From Adineta vaga (taxonomy: Eukaryota > Animalia > Rotifera), in assembly GCA_021613535.1 (NCBI GenBank), contig CP075493.1:12834001-12898000 (forward strand): a DNA stretch of 64,000 nucleotides, given 5' to 3'. The translations under genes and the position numbers were made by a program. Shown in pieces: positions 63,390-64,000 of this stretch. The notes under the pieces are model-generated. The model was not told the DNA's origin. It was given only the letters and a program-made list of their open reading frames with translations, and did not search any database. Positions within the stretch are counted from its first letter, which is position 1, and the number at the start of each line of letters is the position of its first letter.

Positions 63390-64000
63390 TCACGTATATC
63401 GTAATGTAATAACACCATCGACACATTTCTCATAATCACTGTTGTAGCACTTGTTCCCACAAGCAAGAATAGATGGCCACAAAGGACAAATAACTCCTTT
63501 AAGGCATTTAAAAAATACCGTGTGGTAACATTGACCATTACAAAGTTCAGTAGATATAGTGCTATTACAGATGACACCATCGATACAGGTTTGATATGCT
63601 CTTTCGTAGCATTTACCATTACATAAACCAAGATTAGAACCATTACAAATAATGCCATCAAAACATCTTTGGAAGTAATTATTGTCAAAACATTTTCCAG
63701 CGCAAATAACAGCGCTACTTCCATTACAAAGAGTACCATTTAAACATGTTTGAAAAGAAGGATTATAACATTTTCCTGCACAAAGTTTTTCACCTAAACT
63801 ACAAACGGTGCCATTAATACATGTTCGCGTAAGTTTACTGTAGCATTTTCCTGCACAAAGATCCATTTGGAAGCCTTCACAAATTGTATCATTGATACAT
63901 GCTCGAATTGCTAATTGAATGAAACATTTTCCTCCGCAAAGACCAGTATCTATTCTTTTACAAATTATACCATCAATACATTTTTGCATGGATTTCATGT
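63390..64000 (-). CDS. Cys-rich repeat protein (galaxin-like), 5' end outside window
   Basis: Repeats of about 23-25 aa, LCxGKCY.....CIxGxIC; stop at 63390. Confidence 0.7.
   Translation of the reverse strand, partial: MKSMQKCIDGIICKRIDTGLCGGKCFIQLAIRACINDTICEGFQMDLCAGKCYSKLTRTCINGTVCSLGEKLCAGKCYNPSFQTCLNGTLCNGSSAVICAGKCFDNNYFQRCFDGIICNGSNLGLCNGKCYERAYQTCIDGVICNSTISTELCNGQCYHTVFFKCLKGVICPLWPSILACGNKCYNSDYEKCVDGVITLRYT

Overview
AT-rich eukaryotic genomic DNA with short (about 45-65 nt) GT-AG introns. The gene repertoire (rvt, FG-GAP proteins, ART/TPR proteins, divergent GPCRs and a nuclear receptor, enzymes of non-metazoan type) points to a bdelloid rotifer; this is inferred from gene content, not shown directly. 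The ORF track splits most genes, so I rebuilt spliced models by eye. The window looks like a fast-turnover accessory region. It holds an F-box/LRR gene with 84-nt modular exons, a drosomycin-like defensin precursor, and a tandem pair of genes in which an Arg/Ser-repeat exon splices in frame onto a GH16 beta-1,3-glucanase domain (one copy catalytic, one degenerate). It also holds two FG-GAP propeller genes, C1GalT1, a CYP3-clan P450, a disrupted rvt reverse transcriptase, a G8/beta-helix/EGF/PAN protein, two ADP-ribosyltransferase genes, a U-box-kinase-LRR gene, a nuclear receptor, GPCRs and an IPNS-like dioxygenase. Non-genic content includes four non-autonomous DNA transposons, a duplicated 185-bp structured element and many pseudogenes. 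The best candidates for something new are the RS-GH16 fusion with its conserved promoter block, the defensin, the myristoylated ART fusion and the duplicated structured element. All splice models need RNA-seq confirmation, and single-base homopolymer frameshifts may be assembly errors.
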